From Candidatus Zipacnadia bacterium (GTDB lineage Bacteria; Armatimonadota; Zipacnadia; Zipacnadales; UBA5352), in NCBI GenBank assembly GCA_029820295.1, contig JALGVA010000006.1:1793-65792 (forward strand): DNA of 64,000 nucleotides, given 5' to 3'. Both the position numbers and the translations under genes were made by a program. The notes beneath the pieces are model-generated. The model did no database searches and had not been told where the DNA came from. It saw only the letters and a program-made list of their open reading frames with translations. Below are positions 42,577 to 52,728 of the stretch, piece by piece. The stretch's first letter is position 1. Each line of letters opens with the position of its first letter.

Positions 42577-43707
42577 TCAGGGGATGCGCGTGCCCGAGTG
42601 CTTGGTGACGGTAAACTGCACGTGCCCGCGCTCGCCGGGGGCGACGCCCAGGTGCATGATCACCCGGCCGGGCTCGGTCACGTGCAGCGCCCGCGTCTCG
42701 AACTCCCAGGCGGTGTCTACCACGGCCTCAACGATCTCGATGCTCACGTGCTCGTCGCTGAGATTGCGCACCTCGATCAGATAGGTCTCGACAGTGTCGA
42801 AGCCGCTGACGCGGCCGAGGCGGTCGAACTCCATGCGCAGCTTCTCGCGCGACAGCAGTCTGCGGTCGACCAGGATATCGCGCGCGACGCCCAGGTCGAT
42901 CTCGAACTCCTCGCCCGGCTCGTACTTCAGCTCCGCGGCAAGCAGCTCGTCCGGGCCATCGGCGGTGGTCAGCGCGACGGTCATCGGGCCGGCGGGCAGG
43001 GGCCGGCGGGCCAGCACGCCCGCGGTCGGCGGCTGCACGCCCAGGCGCACGCGCACCTGCTCGGGCGCGGCCTCGGAGTCGATGCGGTGAATGACGCGCG
43101 TGCCCAGCGCCATCGTGGGCACGAGGGTGGTGCGCAGCGAGGCGCCGGCGGGGAGGTCGGTGAGGGCCGTGATCGGGAAGCTGAGTTGATCGGTGGGGTC
43201 TGTGCCCGGACGGCCGAGCACGACTCGCGCGCGCACGTCGGACAGGTCGAGGCCGCTGCCGTTGGTGACGGTCACCCAGCCCTGCAGCGTGGCGTCCGCC
43301 GCTCCGGGCTCCCATGCCAGTCGCCACTGCGGTGTCCAGGCGATGCCGGCGAGCTGGTAGCTGATCGTCACCGGGGTCATGCCGGGCGCCTGGGGAGTGA
43401 GCGTCCACTGCAGCGTGGTGGCGGCGCCGGCGGGGCGCAGCACCTCCCCGACTGCAACGTCCGCCGGGGCCTGCAGGCGCACGGTGGCGACGTCAATCTT
43501 GTCGCCGGTCCAGGCGAAGGTGACAACGTTCGCGCCCTCCCCCAGCCGGATCATCGACGACTGGCGCACCAGCGCCGTGGACGCGCCGGTGTACAGCACC
43601 ATCTCGGTCGCGGTGTCCATGCTCGACTGCTTGAGCACCGGCTGGCCCCACGCCGGCGCGGTCAGGAGTGCGACGATCAGCGCGAACGCGACTGTCCTGA
43701 TGGTCAT
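42577..43707 (-). CDS. secreted DUF4139-like protein
   Basis: Signal peptide MTIRTVAFALIVALLTAPAWG. ISYQLAGIAWTPQWRL-type segment. All-beta-looking composition. The family call is tentative. Confidence 0.6.
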   Translation of the reverse strand: MTIRTVAFALIVALLTAPAWGQPVLKQSSMDTATEMVLYTGASTALVRQSSMIRLGEGANVVTFAWTGDKIDVATVRLQAPADVAVGEVLRPAGAATTLQWTLTPQAPGMTPVTISYQLAGIAWTPQWRLAWEPGAADATLQGWVTVTNGSGLDLSDVRARVVLGRPGTDPTDQLSFPITALTDLPAGASLRTTLVPTMALGTRVIHRIDSEAAPEQVRVRLGVQPPTAGVLARRPLPAGPMTVALTTADGPDELLAAELKYEPGEEFEIDLGVARDILVDRRLLSREKLRMEFDRLGRVSGFDTVETYLIEVRNLSDEHVSIEIVEAVVDTAWEFETRALHVTEPGRVIMHLGVAPGERGHVQFTVTKHSGTRIP

Positions 43708-43720
43708 CTGTCCGCTCCCA

Positions 43721-46468
43721 TCAACGAACCGCGAAGCTCCCGGTGGCGGTGAGCCCCCGGCCCTGCTCGGCGCTCACCCGCACCGTGTGCTCGCCCTTGT
43801 CCAGCCAGTCGTCGCCCGTCCACTCGAGCGTCACCGCACCGCCGGGCGGGACCAGCGCCCTCTTCGCCGCCGGGAAGCGCCTGGCCTCCAGCAGCGCACA
43901 TCGCACGGTCACCCCGATCGGCTCCGAGCCGAAGCTGCGCACGACCGCCGTGACCTTCCAGGGCCGGCCGCGCTGAATGTCCGCGCCCTTCACGTGGGTG
44001 ATCGTCAGCGGTAGCCCCCGCGAGGGCAGCACCTGCACGCTCAGCGGTAGCGCGGCGGACACGCCGGCGTCGGGCGCCACCGCCTCTGCGCGCAGCGCCG
44101 TCGGTCCCGGCTCGCGGAACTCGGGGCGCCAGGTGAAGCTGATCACCGCGCGCGCGCCTGCGTCGAGATGCAGCGCGTGACCGTCGGGGATCACGCGGCC
44201 CGAGGGGGCGGCGAGGCTCACCCGCACCTGATGCGCGACCGGGGCGTTGTTGCTGACCGCCAGGCTCAGCTCCAGCGCGTCCCCGGGCGCCACCGCGGGG
44301 GCGTCGGTGAGCGGCGTCAGCTCAAGCTGCCGGGGCGAGTGCCGGCCGGGGGCGAGTGTGTGCGCGACGTCGGCGGTCCAGTCGTAGGTGGCGCCCGTGG
44401 CCATCACGTTGACGACCTCGAAGCCGGCGCGGTCGAGGTCGATACCCGCGGGCGCCGGGAAGGCGGTCCGGCCGTCCTCATCGGCTGAGGCCGATGCGGC
44501 GTGCTCGACCTCGCCCCACCAGCGGCCGGTCACGCGCGCGGTCGCGACCGGCCGGCCCGCCGAGTCGACGATGCGCACGCGCGCCGCCGGTGGCGAGGAG
44601 CCGCGATCGAGGGTCAACTCGCCGATGTGCACGAGCCGGTGCGGCGTGGGCTTCTGCCGACGTACGCGCCGCAGTTGCAGGCCGCGGTCGATGCGCCAGT
44701 CGTCGTCGAAGTAGCCCGCCTCGACGTAGTAGCCCGCCTCGTAGCAGGTCACCGGCGGCTTGTTGTTGACATTGAGCACGTGCGGCAGCTCGCTCTGATC
44801 GTTGTTGAAGACCACGTAGTCGGGGTAGGCCCACGGCAGTTTCTCGAGGTCGTAGCCGAGGAGCTGGGGCTGTCCGCCCTCGGGCTTCATGAACACGCGG
44901 CGGTTGACGACCACCAGGTAGGTGGCGAAGTCGGTCAGCGGGTTGGGGTAGCCCAGCATGGCGCCGAACTGCATGCCGGCGTAGCGCCGCTCGCCTCCCA
45001 GGGGGTCGAGCACCGTGACGCCATCGTTGCGGATGCGCACGGGCAGGGCATGCAGGGCGTCGGCGCGGCGCAGCAGCGCGCTGGTGTCGAGCGCGCCGAA
45101 GAGCACCACGGTGTGTGAGACGAGGTCGGCGGGGTCGATGCGATCCTCAGGCACCGCCTCGACCGCCTGCCCGTGCACCATGAAGGCATTCCACTCGCGC
45201 GCGAACTGCTCGGCCTCCAGGCGATGGCGGGCGCACTCGGCCGGGTCACCCGCGTTCGCCCACGCGACCAGGAAGGGGCGCAGGAAGGCGTCGCCGATGG
45301 GGCCGGACAGCCCCGGGCGCTTGCGCAGCGAGGCCGACTCGACACCCGGCCTCCAGCCGACGACCCTGCCGCCGGAGTTGAGGTCTGCCTGCAGCGCCAG
45401 CGTCCGCGGCGGCCCCTCGTACGCCGCGAAGCCATCGACGAAGACGCGCACGGTCTCCTCGTCGGCGAAGGGGCTCGCGTCCAGGAAGAGGGTGAGGTCG
45501 CTGACGTTGTCGGTGGTGGCGGCGACGGCATCGGCGTCGGCATGGACCTCGAGGCCGCCGGAGATACCGTCGATGATGAAGCCGTCGATGCGCGCCCAGT
45601 AGAGCCGGGCATGGGGGAGGATCGTGGTCTCGATGGTGAAGGCGGACGGGTCCACGATGCGCCGGCGGCCCTGGAAGAAGCTGTAGATCGCGTGGTAGTC
45701 AGTGCCGCGGCCGTGGCCGAGCAGCGGGTTGAAGATGAGCCGGTAGTCGTAGGCGGCGGGATCGCGCGTGCCCAGCTCGACCAGGCGGTTGCGCAGGCGC
45801 AGGCCGTTCTCGGGCAGCACCACGGTGTCGCTACCATCGACGATGTGCCCGATCGCGCCCCACCTGCCGCGCTCGGCCCAGTAGAGCGGCGACGCGGCCT
45901 CGAGCAGAGGCCGGCGGAACTCCTCGATGTCGTGGCGCATATCCGTGCGCGCGTACCAGTGCCAGTGCCACTCGCGGAAGTCGGTCCAGCCGTCCACGCC
46001 CATGACTGCCGCGAAAACGTCGGGGTGGCGCACGCCGTGGCGCAGGGCGCCGGTGCCGCCCATGGAGCCGCCGGTCATGTACAAGCGGTCGCGGTCGAGG
46101 CCGAAGCGGGCGGCGGCATCGTTGACCACGTTGAGTGTCTCGATGTCGCCGACGCCCTCGTAGAAGTTGGGGCCGCGCGCGTTGAGGTTGATCAGCACCC
46201 AGCGGTGCTCATCGGCCCACCGGCGCTGGAAGTCGGAGAAGTTGGCGCTCACGCTCCAGCCGTAGCCGTGCCCGTGCAGCACCGCGGGGTAGCCGTCGCG
46301 TGATGGGGGAGCGCCGGCCGGGAGGTAGACACCGTAGGCCTGCGTGGAGTCGTCGATGGGCGAGCGGTACTGCACGATCCTGGCGAGGCCGTCGGCATAC
46401 GCACCCGCGGCCAGGTACACGAGCAGGCCCGCGGCGGCAATCAGCACAGTCGCGCCACGCTTACTCAT
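43721..46468 (-). CDS. large alpha/beta hydrolase (S9/esterase-like N-terminal domain) with long beta-rich C-terminal region
   Basis: ATG 46466-46468 overlaps the upstream stop by 8 nt. Membrane anchor or signal peptide, then HGHGYGW...MTGGSMGG (GxSxG nucleophile elbow). The C-terminal about 250 aa look like Ig/CARDB repeats. Confidence 0.75.
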   Translation of the reverse strand: MSKRGATVLIAAAGLLVYLAAGAYADGLARIVQYRSPIDDSTQAYGVYLPAGAPPSRDGYPAVLHGHGYGWSVSANFSDFQRRWADEHRWVLINLNARGPNFYEGVGDIETLNVVNDAAARFGLDRDRLYMTGGSMGGTGALRHGVRHPDVFAAVMGVDGWTDFREWHWHWYARTDMRHDIEEFRRPLLEAASPLYWAERGRWGAIGHIVDGSDTVVLPENGLRLRNRLVELGTRDPAAYDYRLIFNPLLGHGRGTDYHAIYSFFQGRRRIVDPSAFTIETTILPHARLYWARIDGFIIDGISGGLEVHADADAVAATTDNVSDLTLFLDASPFADEETVRVFVDGFAAYEGPPRTLALQADLNSGGRVVGWRPGVESASLRKRPGLSGPIGDAFLRPFLVAWANAGDPAECARHRLEAEQFAREWNAFMVHGQAVEAVPEDRIDPADLVSHTVVLFGALDTSALLRRADALHALPVRIRNDGVTVLDPLGGERRYAGMQFGAMLGYPNPLTDFATYLVVVNRRVFMKPEGGQPQLLGYDLEKLPWAYPDYVVFNNDQSELPHVLNVNNKPPVTCYEAGYYVEAGYFDDDWRIDRGLQLRRVRRQKPTPHRLVHIGELTLDRGSSPPAARVRIVDSAGRPVATARVTGRWWGEVEHAASASADEDGRTAFPAPAGIDLDRAGFEVVNVMATGATYDWTADVAHTLAPGRHSPRQLELTPLTDAPAVAPGDALELSLAVSNNAPVAHQVRVSLAAPSGRVIPDGHALHLDAGARAVISFTWRPEFREPGPTALRAEAVAPDAGVSAALPLSVQVLPSRGLPLTITHVKGADIQRGRPWKVTAVVRSFGSEPIGVTVRCALLEARRFPAAKRALVPPGGAVTLEWTGDDWLDKGEHTVRVSAEQGRGLTATGSFAVR

Positions 46469-48659
46469 GGCTCTCGTCGGCCTCGTGGGTGTCCTCATCA
46501 AGCTCCAGCACCGCGTCGCGCAGGCGCATCAGCGCCGCCTCGGCGGCCTCGGCGTCGCCGGCGGGTGGCGGACCGGGCGCGAAGCGGGCGCCCACGTATT
46601 TCTCGGTAAGCAGCGCCAGCTCCTGTGCCAGCGGCGGCGCTTGGCCGGCGGCGACGCGCTGGAACTCCCAGGGAGCGGCACTGGGCGGCCGCGTGAGGCC
46701 GGCCTGGGCCAGGAGCTGCAGGGCCCGGCGGTAGGCGTGGACGACGCGATCACGAGCGGGCGCGCCCGGACGCAGCAGCCGCAGTTGGCGCCGGTACCAC
46801 CGCGTGGCGGCCAGGCCGCCCAGGATCGCCGCCGCCAGCAGCATCACCAGCGCCGCGACCGGCGCGGCATGTCCGGCGATCCACGTCCCCGTCGCCACGA
46901 GCCACGCGCGCGTGGCCGCGATGACCCCGCGCGTGCCGCCCGCCGGCTCCTCCGGGGTCTCCACGTCGGGAGTCGGGTCGAAGTCCACCCAGCCGGTGTC
47001 GGGCAGGAAGACCTCGACCCAGGCATGGGCGTCCTGGTCGCGGATCTCGTAGACCTCGCGATCGGGCCGGTACTGTCCGGCGGTGAAGCCGGTGGCAAGG
47101 CGCGCGGGGATGCCCAGCGACCGCACCATCACCGCCATCGCGGTAGCATAGTGGTTGCAGAACCCGCGGCGGCTGGTGAACAGGAAGTGATCGACGTAGT
47201 CGCGGCCCTCGGGCACCCACGGGGCGTCGAGGTCGTAGGTGAAGTTGTTCGGGTCGCGCAGGTAGTTCTCGATGGCGATGGCCTGCGTGGTCGGGATGGC
47301 TGCGTTGCCGTCGGTGACGATGCGCCGGGCGAGACGCCTGACGCGCGCCGGGAGGGTCTCGGGCAGTTGCAGCGCGTAGGCCATGTCCGCGGGGGAGGGC
47401 GGCTCGGCGCCCGGCGGGGCGGTGACGGCGGCGGGCATGGCCACGCGGGCGGTGTACGTGTCGCCGGGCAGCACGTGGCCCGTGAACGAGAGCATCCCGG
47501 AGCGATCAACGCGCAGCGACGGCACACCCACGTCGATCTCCTGCGGGAAGTACGGAACCGGCAGCAGGCCCAGGAACCCGCAGGCGCTGGTGATCTCGAC
47601 GTCAACGACGTCGGTGACCGCCGGCGCCGTGCCCATCTCGGTCAGCGGGGGCATGCGCCACACGTCGTCGCCGCGCGGCACGCGCCGCCAACTGCGCTCG
47701 CTCTGTCGCCACTGATTCCCCTCGTAGATATCGTAAACCGCAGTGCGCGGCTTGACCGGCGTCTCGCAGCGGACGATCAGCATGAGGCGGTCCTGAGGCG
47801 CGGGGGCGGGCCCGCCGAGCCCGAGCGTCGGCTCCGCCGCCCACGGCATGGCCTCCTCGACGATGATCAGCCGTGCCAGACGCCAGGCGAGCTGCCGGCG
47901 CAGCGAGCGCGCCAGCTCGTTGGTCGGCTGGTAGCGCGCCGCCAGGGCGGCGATGATCACCGCGGCGACCGCGGCCGCCAGCAGCAGGCTGAGCAACGAG
48001 TTGATCGTCGGGCGCCAGGAGGTGCTGCGCACGCGCCGTGCGGGGATGCGCTCATCGATGCCGTCCAGCCGCGCGACGGAGTGCTCGGCGGCGAGCAGAA
48101 CGAGTGTGCCTCCGATGACCAGCGCGGTGCCGAAGATGGCCACCGCGCCGGGGGCCGCGGTCAGCACCAGCAGCAGCCCCGAGATCGCGGGCAGGGCCGT
48201 CTGCGTGAGGTCGCGCACGGTGCGCAGGGCGAAGGCGCGGTAGGCCATGATCCAGTAGAAGATGGAGACGAGGGTGCGGTAGCTCACCACCAGGCTGCGC
48301 ATGTCCTCGCCGCCGGTGAACACGCCCATGCGCAAGTGGATGATACCCAGGACGAGCGCGACGAGGAAGGTGAGTTGGTTGAGCCAGAATCGGGGCATGG
48401 TGCTGAAGTGCAGCCGCCACACCACCGGGAAGGCGGCGACCACCACCACCGCCAGCTCCACCAGCAGCAGCGTGCTGTCCACGAGGGCGGTCGCCGCAAG
48501 CAGCGCTCCGGCCATCATCAGCCAGCACGCGATCATCAGCCCCAGCCAGCGGCGCCGCTCGGCGGGCGTGTCCTCCGGGGGCGTGTGCGGGAAGGGCGTA
48601 AATCGGTGACGGCGAGCAAACTCGCCGAAGCGCTGCAGGGCGGAGGTGGCACCTGCCAT
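46461..48659 (-). CDS. transglutaminase-domain membrane protein (TgpA-like: DUF3488 TM region + transglutaminase core + DUF4129-like tail)
   Basis: Start MAGATSALQRF (the ATG overlaps the upstream TGA). About 6 TM helices. Core RRGFCNHYATAMAVMVRSLGIPARL...DAHAWVEVF...GWVDFDPTP carries the Cys-His-Asp triad context. Confidence 0.85.
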   Translation of the reverse strand: MAGATSALQRFGEFARRHRFTPFPHTPPEDTPAERRRWLGLMIACWLMMAGALLAATALVDSTLLLVELAVVVVAAFPVVWRLHFSTMPRFWLNQLTFLVALVLGIIHLRMGVFTGGEDMRSLVVSYRTLVSIFYWIMAYRAFALRTVRDLTQTALPAISGLLLVLTAAPGAVAIFGTALVIGGTLVLLAAEHSVARLDGIDERIPARRVRSTSWRPTINSLLSLLLAAAVAAVIIAALAARYQPTNELARSLRRQLAWRLARLIIVEEAMPWAAEPTLGLGGPAPAPQDRLMLIVRCETPVKPRTAVYDIYEGNQWRQSERSWRRVPRGDDVWRMPPLTEMGTAPAVTDVVDVEITSACGFLGLLPVPYFPQEIDVGVPSLRVDRSGMLSFTGHVLPGDTYTARVAMPAAVTAPPGAEPPSPADMAYALQLPETLPARVRRLARRIVTDGNAAIPTTQAIAIENYLRDPNNFTYDLDAPWVPEGRDYVDHFLFTSRRGFCNHYATAMAVMVRSLGIPARLATGFTAGQYRPDREVYEIRDQDAHAWVEVFLPDTGWVDFDPTPDVETPEEPAGGTRGVIAATRAWLVATGTWIAGHAAPVAALVMLLAAAILGGLAATRWYRRQLRLLRPGAPARDRVVHAYRRALQLLAQAGLTRPPSAAPWEFQRVAAGQAPPLAQELALLTEKYVGARFAPGPPPAGDAEAAEAALMRLRDAVLELDEDTHEADESHE

Positions 48660-49918
48660 CACAGCACCTCCGCCGCGGCGCTGCGCGCCGGAGCCGTGGC
48701 CATGGTGAGCGCCTCGATGATGTCCGCGCCCGAACGCAGCGGTGCCACGGCGATGCCCGCGGCCATCGCCGCCTCGGAGACCCGTCGGGGCACCACCGCG
48801 AAGTGCTCGGGCACATCCTCGAGGTCGCCCTCCACCACCAGCAGCGTGAGCGATTCCACGTGCGCGGCGCCCGATGAGAGCACGCGCGCGAGCGCGTCCT
48901 CGGCCGCCGTCGTGATGACGAAGACAGTGGCGCCCCGCGGCACGGCCCGAAGCCGGCGGGAGAGTGTGCCGGCGAAGCTGTGCGGGGACAGGGCGCGCGC
49001 CTCGGCGAGCGCGACCATGATGCGGTGCAGGTGCGGCTGACCCGAGCCCGGACGCGCGACCTCGGTGGGCAGGCCATCGCCCACCACGGCCACCGAGCGC
49101 TGCTCGGCCAGCCCCGCGCGCGCGATCGATGCGGCGGCGGAGACCGCGGTCTCCAGCGTGCTCATCGGCCCCACGCCGTAGTGCCCGCTTGCGGCCAGGT
49201 CGAGCTGCACGGAGATCAGGTCGTGGCGCAGCGGCTCGTACTCCTTGACGGCCAGCTCGCCCACGTGCGCGCTGACCTTCCAGTGCACGTGGCGCAGATC
49301 GTCGCCCGGGGTGTGCTCCCGGATGCCGCGGAACTCGCCCTGATCGCGGCGCGCCTGGCGTCCGCGGGCACTGCGGCGGCCGTAGCCGACCTCCCACGCC
49401 GCCACCCGCGGCAGGTCCCAGGTGCGCGGGAAGACCACCAGCTCGAAGGGCTCGCCCTGCCGCCGGCTGCGCTCGAACATCCCGATCGGGTCCGAATCGA
49501 TCAGCGCCGGCGGCGACAGCCGGTACCGACCACGCATCGGAGGCACTATCTCCATGTCTATGTCCAGTTCAGCCGCCGGCGGCATGGGCGGCAGCAGCAC
49601 GCGGTGCGCGACGCGCACGTCCGCCACGGTAAGGTTCTCCGCCGCCAGCTCGACCGCCGCCGAGTTCACCGTGATGCCTCCACGCGAGCGCACGTGCACG
49701 CGCGGGCGGATAGGCGCGCCGGCGTTGGCGCGCCCGTGCGGCGGGATCATCGTCAGCTCCAGCCGCGACAGCGAGAGCTGGGCGAGCAGGTAGGCTACCA
49801 GCATCACGGCGATGCACACGCCGGCGAGGACGTACATGGCCGTGGCGTCGTTCATCGCGCCCACGGCCCAGAAGACTACGGTGGCGAAGAGGAAGATTCT
49901 GAAGTTGCGACTCATCAC
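48659..49918 (-). CDS. DUF58 domain protein
   Basis: EFRGIREHTPGDDLRHVHWKVSAHVGELAVKEYE is the DUF58 signature. Two N-terminal TM helices. Confidence 0.85.
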   Translation of the reverse strand: MMSRNFRIFLFATVVFWAVGAMNDATAMYVLAGVCIAVMLVAYLLAQLSLSRLELTMIPPHGRANAGAPIRPRVHVRSRGGITVNSAAVELAAENLTVADVRVAHRVLLPPMPPAAELDIDMEIVPPMRGRYRLSPPALIDSDPIGMFERSRRQGEPFELVVFPRTWDLPRVAAWEVGYGRRSARGRQARRDQGEFRGIREHTPGDDLRHVHWKVSAHVGELAVKEYEPLRHDLISVQLDLAASGHYGVGPMSTLETAVSAAASIARAGLAEQRSVAVVGDGLPTEVARPGSGQPHLHRIMVALAEARALSPHSFAGTLSRRLRAVPRGATVFVITTAAEDALARVLSSGAAHVESLTLLVVEGDLEDVPEHFAVVPRRVSEAAMAAGIAVAPLRSGADIIEALTMATAPARSAAAEVL

Positions 49919-49943
49919 GCAGGCCTCATGGCCGGTCTGGTGA

Positions 49944-50900
49944 TCAGGAGGGGACCGGCACGCTGTCCAGCAACTCCGCGATCACCTGCGCGCCGGTCAC
50001 GCCGCTCACGCGCGCCTCAGGGCGCGGGATGACGCGGTGGGCCAGCGCAGCGCGCGCGATCGACTTGATGTCGTCGGGCCCGACGAAGTCACGGCCGTCG
50101 ATGGTGGCCAGCGCCTGGGCGCAGCGCACCAGTGCCAGGCTGCCGCGCGGCCCGGCCCCCAGGTAGAGCTGGTCGGACGCGCGCGTTCCCTCAATGAGAT
50201 CGAGCACATAGTCGTACACGTCGTCGGCGACGTGGCAGGCCGCGACCGTCGCCTGCACCGCCGCCACCTCCTCGGCGGTGGCTACCGGCTCGAGCGTCTG
50301 CACCGGATGCCCCTGGAGCTGGTCGCGCACGATCTGCTTTTCCTCGCTGCGCTCGGGGTAGCCGATCGAGAAGCGCAGCAGGAAGCGGTCGAGCTGAGAT
50401 TCGGGCAGCGGGTAGACGCCCTCGTACTCGATAGGGTTCTCGGTGGCGATGACCATGAAGGGCTGCGGCAGGCGGTGGGTCACGCCGTCGGCGGTGACCT
50501 GCCGCTCCTCCATCGCTTCGAGCAGGCTCGACTGCGTGCGCGGCGAGGCGCGGTTGATCTCGTCGGCGAGCACGATGTTGGCGAAGATCGGCCCGCGCCG
50601 GAAGACGAACTCGCCCTGCTTCTGATCGTAGATGGACACGCCGGTCACGTCGGTGGGCAGCAGGTCGGGCGTGAACTGAATGCGGCGGAACTCGCCACCG
50701 ATGGAGGCGGCCAGTGAGCGCGCCAGCATGGTCTTGCCCACGCCGGGCACGTCCTCGAGCAGCACGTGCCCGCGGGCGATCATGGCCACGAGCACGCGCT
50801 CGACCGCCTCGCGCTTGCCGATGATCACGCGCTCCACGTTGTCCGCGATGCGCCGGCAGGTCTCGGCGGCCTCAGAGACCGCCATGGTCATCTCGGTCAT
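49944..50900 (-). CDS. MoxR-family AAA+ ATPase
   Basis: Start MTEMTMAV (ATG 50898-50900). Walker A GVPGVGKT, Walker B VLADEINRA, and TQSSLLEAMEERQVT, typical of MoxR. Confidence 0.9.
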   Translation of the reverse strand: MTEMTMAVSEAAETCRRIADNVERVIIGKREAVERVLVAMIARGHVLLEDVPGVGKTMLARSLAASIGGEFRRIQFTPDLLPTDVTGVSIYDQKQGEFVFRRGPIFANIVLADEINRASPRTQSSLLEAMEERQVTADGVTHRLPQPFMVIATENPIEYEGVYPLPESQLDRFLLRFSIGYPERSEEKQIVRDQLQGHPVQTLEPVATAEEVAAVQATVAACHVADDVYDYVLDLIEGTRASDQLYLGAGPRGSLALVRCAQALATIDGRDFVGPDDIKSIARAALAHRVIPRPEARVSGVTGAQVIAELLDSVPVPS

Positions 50901-51092
50901 GGCATCACCAGCGACGGGCTGCGAGCAACGGGCCACGAGCAGAGGACAGCGGCAAGGACGAACGGCCGCGGTGCACGCCGGCAGGGTGGGCCGGGGGGCG
51001 CCGTTCATGGAGAGGCGGGACCCCGCTCCCGCCTGTCCATGACGACTGACCGCCGCGGTACAGGCGTGTGCCGTCGGCCGTGCGCATCCCAC

Positions 51093-51926
51093 CTACCCCT
51101 CCGCGGCGGCGATGTACTCGCGCAGCGCCTGCGCGTCATGGGGCAGCACGACCTCGGCCTCGAGCGCCCGGATCCACTCGCCCGACAGCGAGCCGTCGTA
51201 GTCGATGGTCGCCAGCAGCTTGATGGCCTCATCGTGGGGGATGTCACCCTCGCCCATCAGCGCCAGCGTCCAGCCGTTGGGGCTGCCGTCGTCGGGCCGA
51301 GTGCCGTCGTGGATGTGGCAGTGGCGCACGTAGTCCTTCACGTTGTTGAACGCGGTCTCCATGCTCTCCCCGAAGCGGTAGGGGTGCATGATGTCCCAGT
51401 TGATGGCCACGTTCGGATGGTCGGCGGTGCGCACGACCTCGACCGCGTCCGCGGAGTTGCAGTACGCATCGTGCGTCTCGATGCACAGGTAGACGCCCCG
51501 CTCGGCCGCATATTCAGCGCACTCGTGCAGCGACTGTGCCACGAGCTTCTTCGCGTCGGCGAAGTCCATGCCCGTGGGCGTGGGGCCGCCGAAGACGCGG
51601 ATGTTCTGCGCGCCCAGGTCCGCGCACAGGTCGCAGTACTGCTTCGTGAGGTCAATCGACTCGCGCAGCTCGTGGTCGCTGTCGAGGGCGTAACGCCGTG
51701 AAGTGGCGATGGTGGTGAGCAGCACGCCGCAGTCGGCGAACTGCTGCTTGATGGCCGCGCGCTGCTTCTTGGTGGTGTCGAGTTCAACGCCGTGGGCGTG
51801 ATCGGCCTCGCAGCGGGGCTCGATGGCGTCGTAGCCGTAGCGGATGGCGGCGGCGAGGTGCTCTTCGAGGGTCCACTCGGGCGCTACGAAGGTCATGAAG
51901 CTGATCTTCATCATCGGTCGGCTCAC
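51093..51926 (-). CDS. sugar phosphate isomerase/epimerase (xylose isomerase-like TIM barrel)
   Basis: IETHD, INWDIMH and HIHDG metal-ligand motifs. The GTG start overlaps the Mpg stop (GTGA). ATG alternatives lie at 51912-51914 and 51909-51911. Confidence 0.85.
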   Translation of the reverse strand: MSRPMMKISFMTFVAPEWTLEEHLAAAIRYGYDAIEPRCEADHAHGVELDTTKKQRAAIKQQFADCGVLLTTIATSRRYALDSDHELRESIDLTKQYCDLCADLGAQNIRVFGGPTPTGMDFADAKKLVAQSLHECAEYAAERGVYLCIETHDAYCNSADAVEVVRTADHPNVAINWDIMHPYRFGESMETAFNNVKDYVRHCHIHDGTRPDDGSPNGWTLALMGEGDIPHDEAIKLLATIDYDGSLSGEWIRALEAEVVLPHDAQALREYIAAAEG

Positions 51927-52573
51927 CTTTTCTCGCGTCGTGCTGGCGCGTCGGCCCGCGGCGGCCTGGACACCCAGGGATCATCGGCCACGAGGTAGCG
52001 CAGCATCAGCTCGTCGCCGCAGCCCGCGCCCAGCCCGATGCGCGTGGTGACCACGACCTCGTCGGGCGGGTCGAGCGCCGGCGCGACGAACAGCGGCCCG
52101 CGCGTGACGTCCCCGCGGTTGTGCTCCAGACTCACACCGAAGGCCTCCACCAGTTTCGCCGGACCGCTGCACAGGTCCTCCCGGCGCTCGCGTCCGCGGC
52201 GCCGCCGCATCTGCTCGATGCCCGCCAGCGGCTCGGCCGCACGCAGCAGCACGGCCTCGGCGATGCCCGCGGGCGCGGTCACCAGGTTCATGCACAGGTG
52301 CATCCCGTAGATCAGGTAGACGTAGATCGTGCCGGGCGGGCCGAACATGGGGTCATTGCGCTCCGTGCGGCCGCGCGCGGCGTGGCAGCCGGCGTCACCC
52401 TCGGCCAGGTAGGCCTCGGTCTCAACGATGCGCCCGGCCAGCGTGCCCTCATCGGTGCGGTGCACCAGCACGCAGCCCAGCAGCGCCCGTGCCACCTCCG
52501 GCGTGGGCCGGAGGTAGAAGTCGCGGGGCAGGGGAGTGAGCCCGGCAAGTTGCGTGTTTGTGTTGCGGCTCAT
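51923..52573 (-). CDS. mpg: DNA-3-methyladenine glycosylase (Mpg/AAG family)
   Basis: Start MSRNTNT (ATG 52571-52573). FYLRPTPEVARALLGCVL, GRIVETEAYLAEGDAGCHA, MFGPPGTIYVYLIYGMHLCMN. Confidence 0.85.
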   Translation of the reverse strand: MSRNTNTQLAGLTPLPRDFYLRPTPEVARALLGCVLVHRTDEGTLAGRIVETEAYLAEGDAGCHAARGRTERNDPMFGPPGTIYVYLIYGMHLCMNLVTAPAGIAEAVLLRAAEPLAGIEQMRRRRGRERREDLCSGPAKLVEAFGVSLEHNRGDVTRGPLFVAPALDPPDEVVVTTRIGLGAGCGDELMLRYLVADDPWVSRPPRADAPARREKR

Positions 52574-52640
52574 GCGGGTATCCCAGTACTGCGAAGTGGC
52601 CGATAGAGGAGAGCGGAAGGAAGGCGGCATCGGGCCGCAG

Positions 52641-52728
52641 TTCGCCGACGGGATGGTGTTCCCTCCCAGTCTTCCCTGTCGGCGAAACGCAGGGCGGCGC
52701 CCATCATCCAGCGAGGTGGGCGCCGCCC
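52641..52728. other. two adjacent strong hairpins in a divergent intergenic region
   Basis: 52641-52686: 13 bp with one bulge (ttcgccgacggga...tccctgtcggcgaa). 52692-52728: perfect 11 bp (gggcggcgccc...gggcgccgccc) with a 15-nt loop. Confidence 0.5.
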
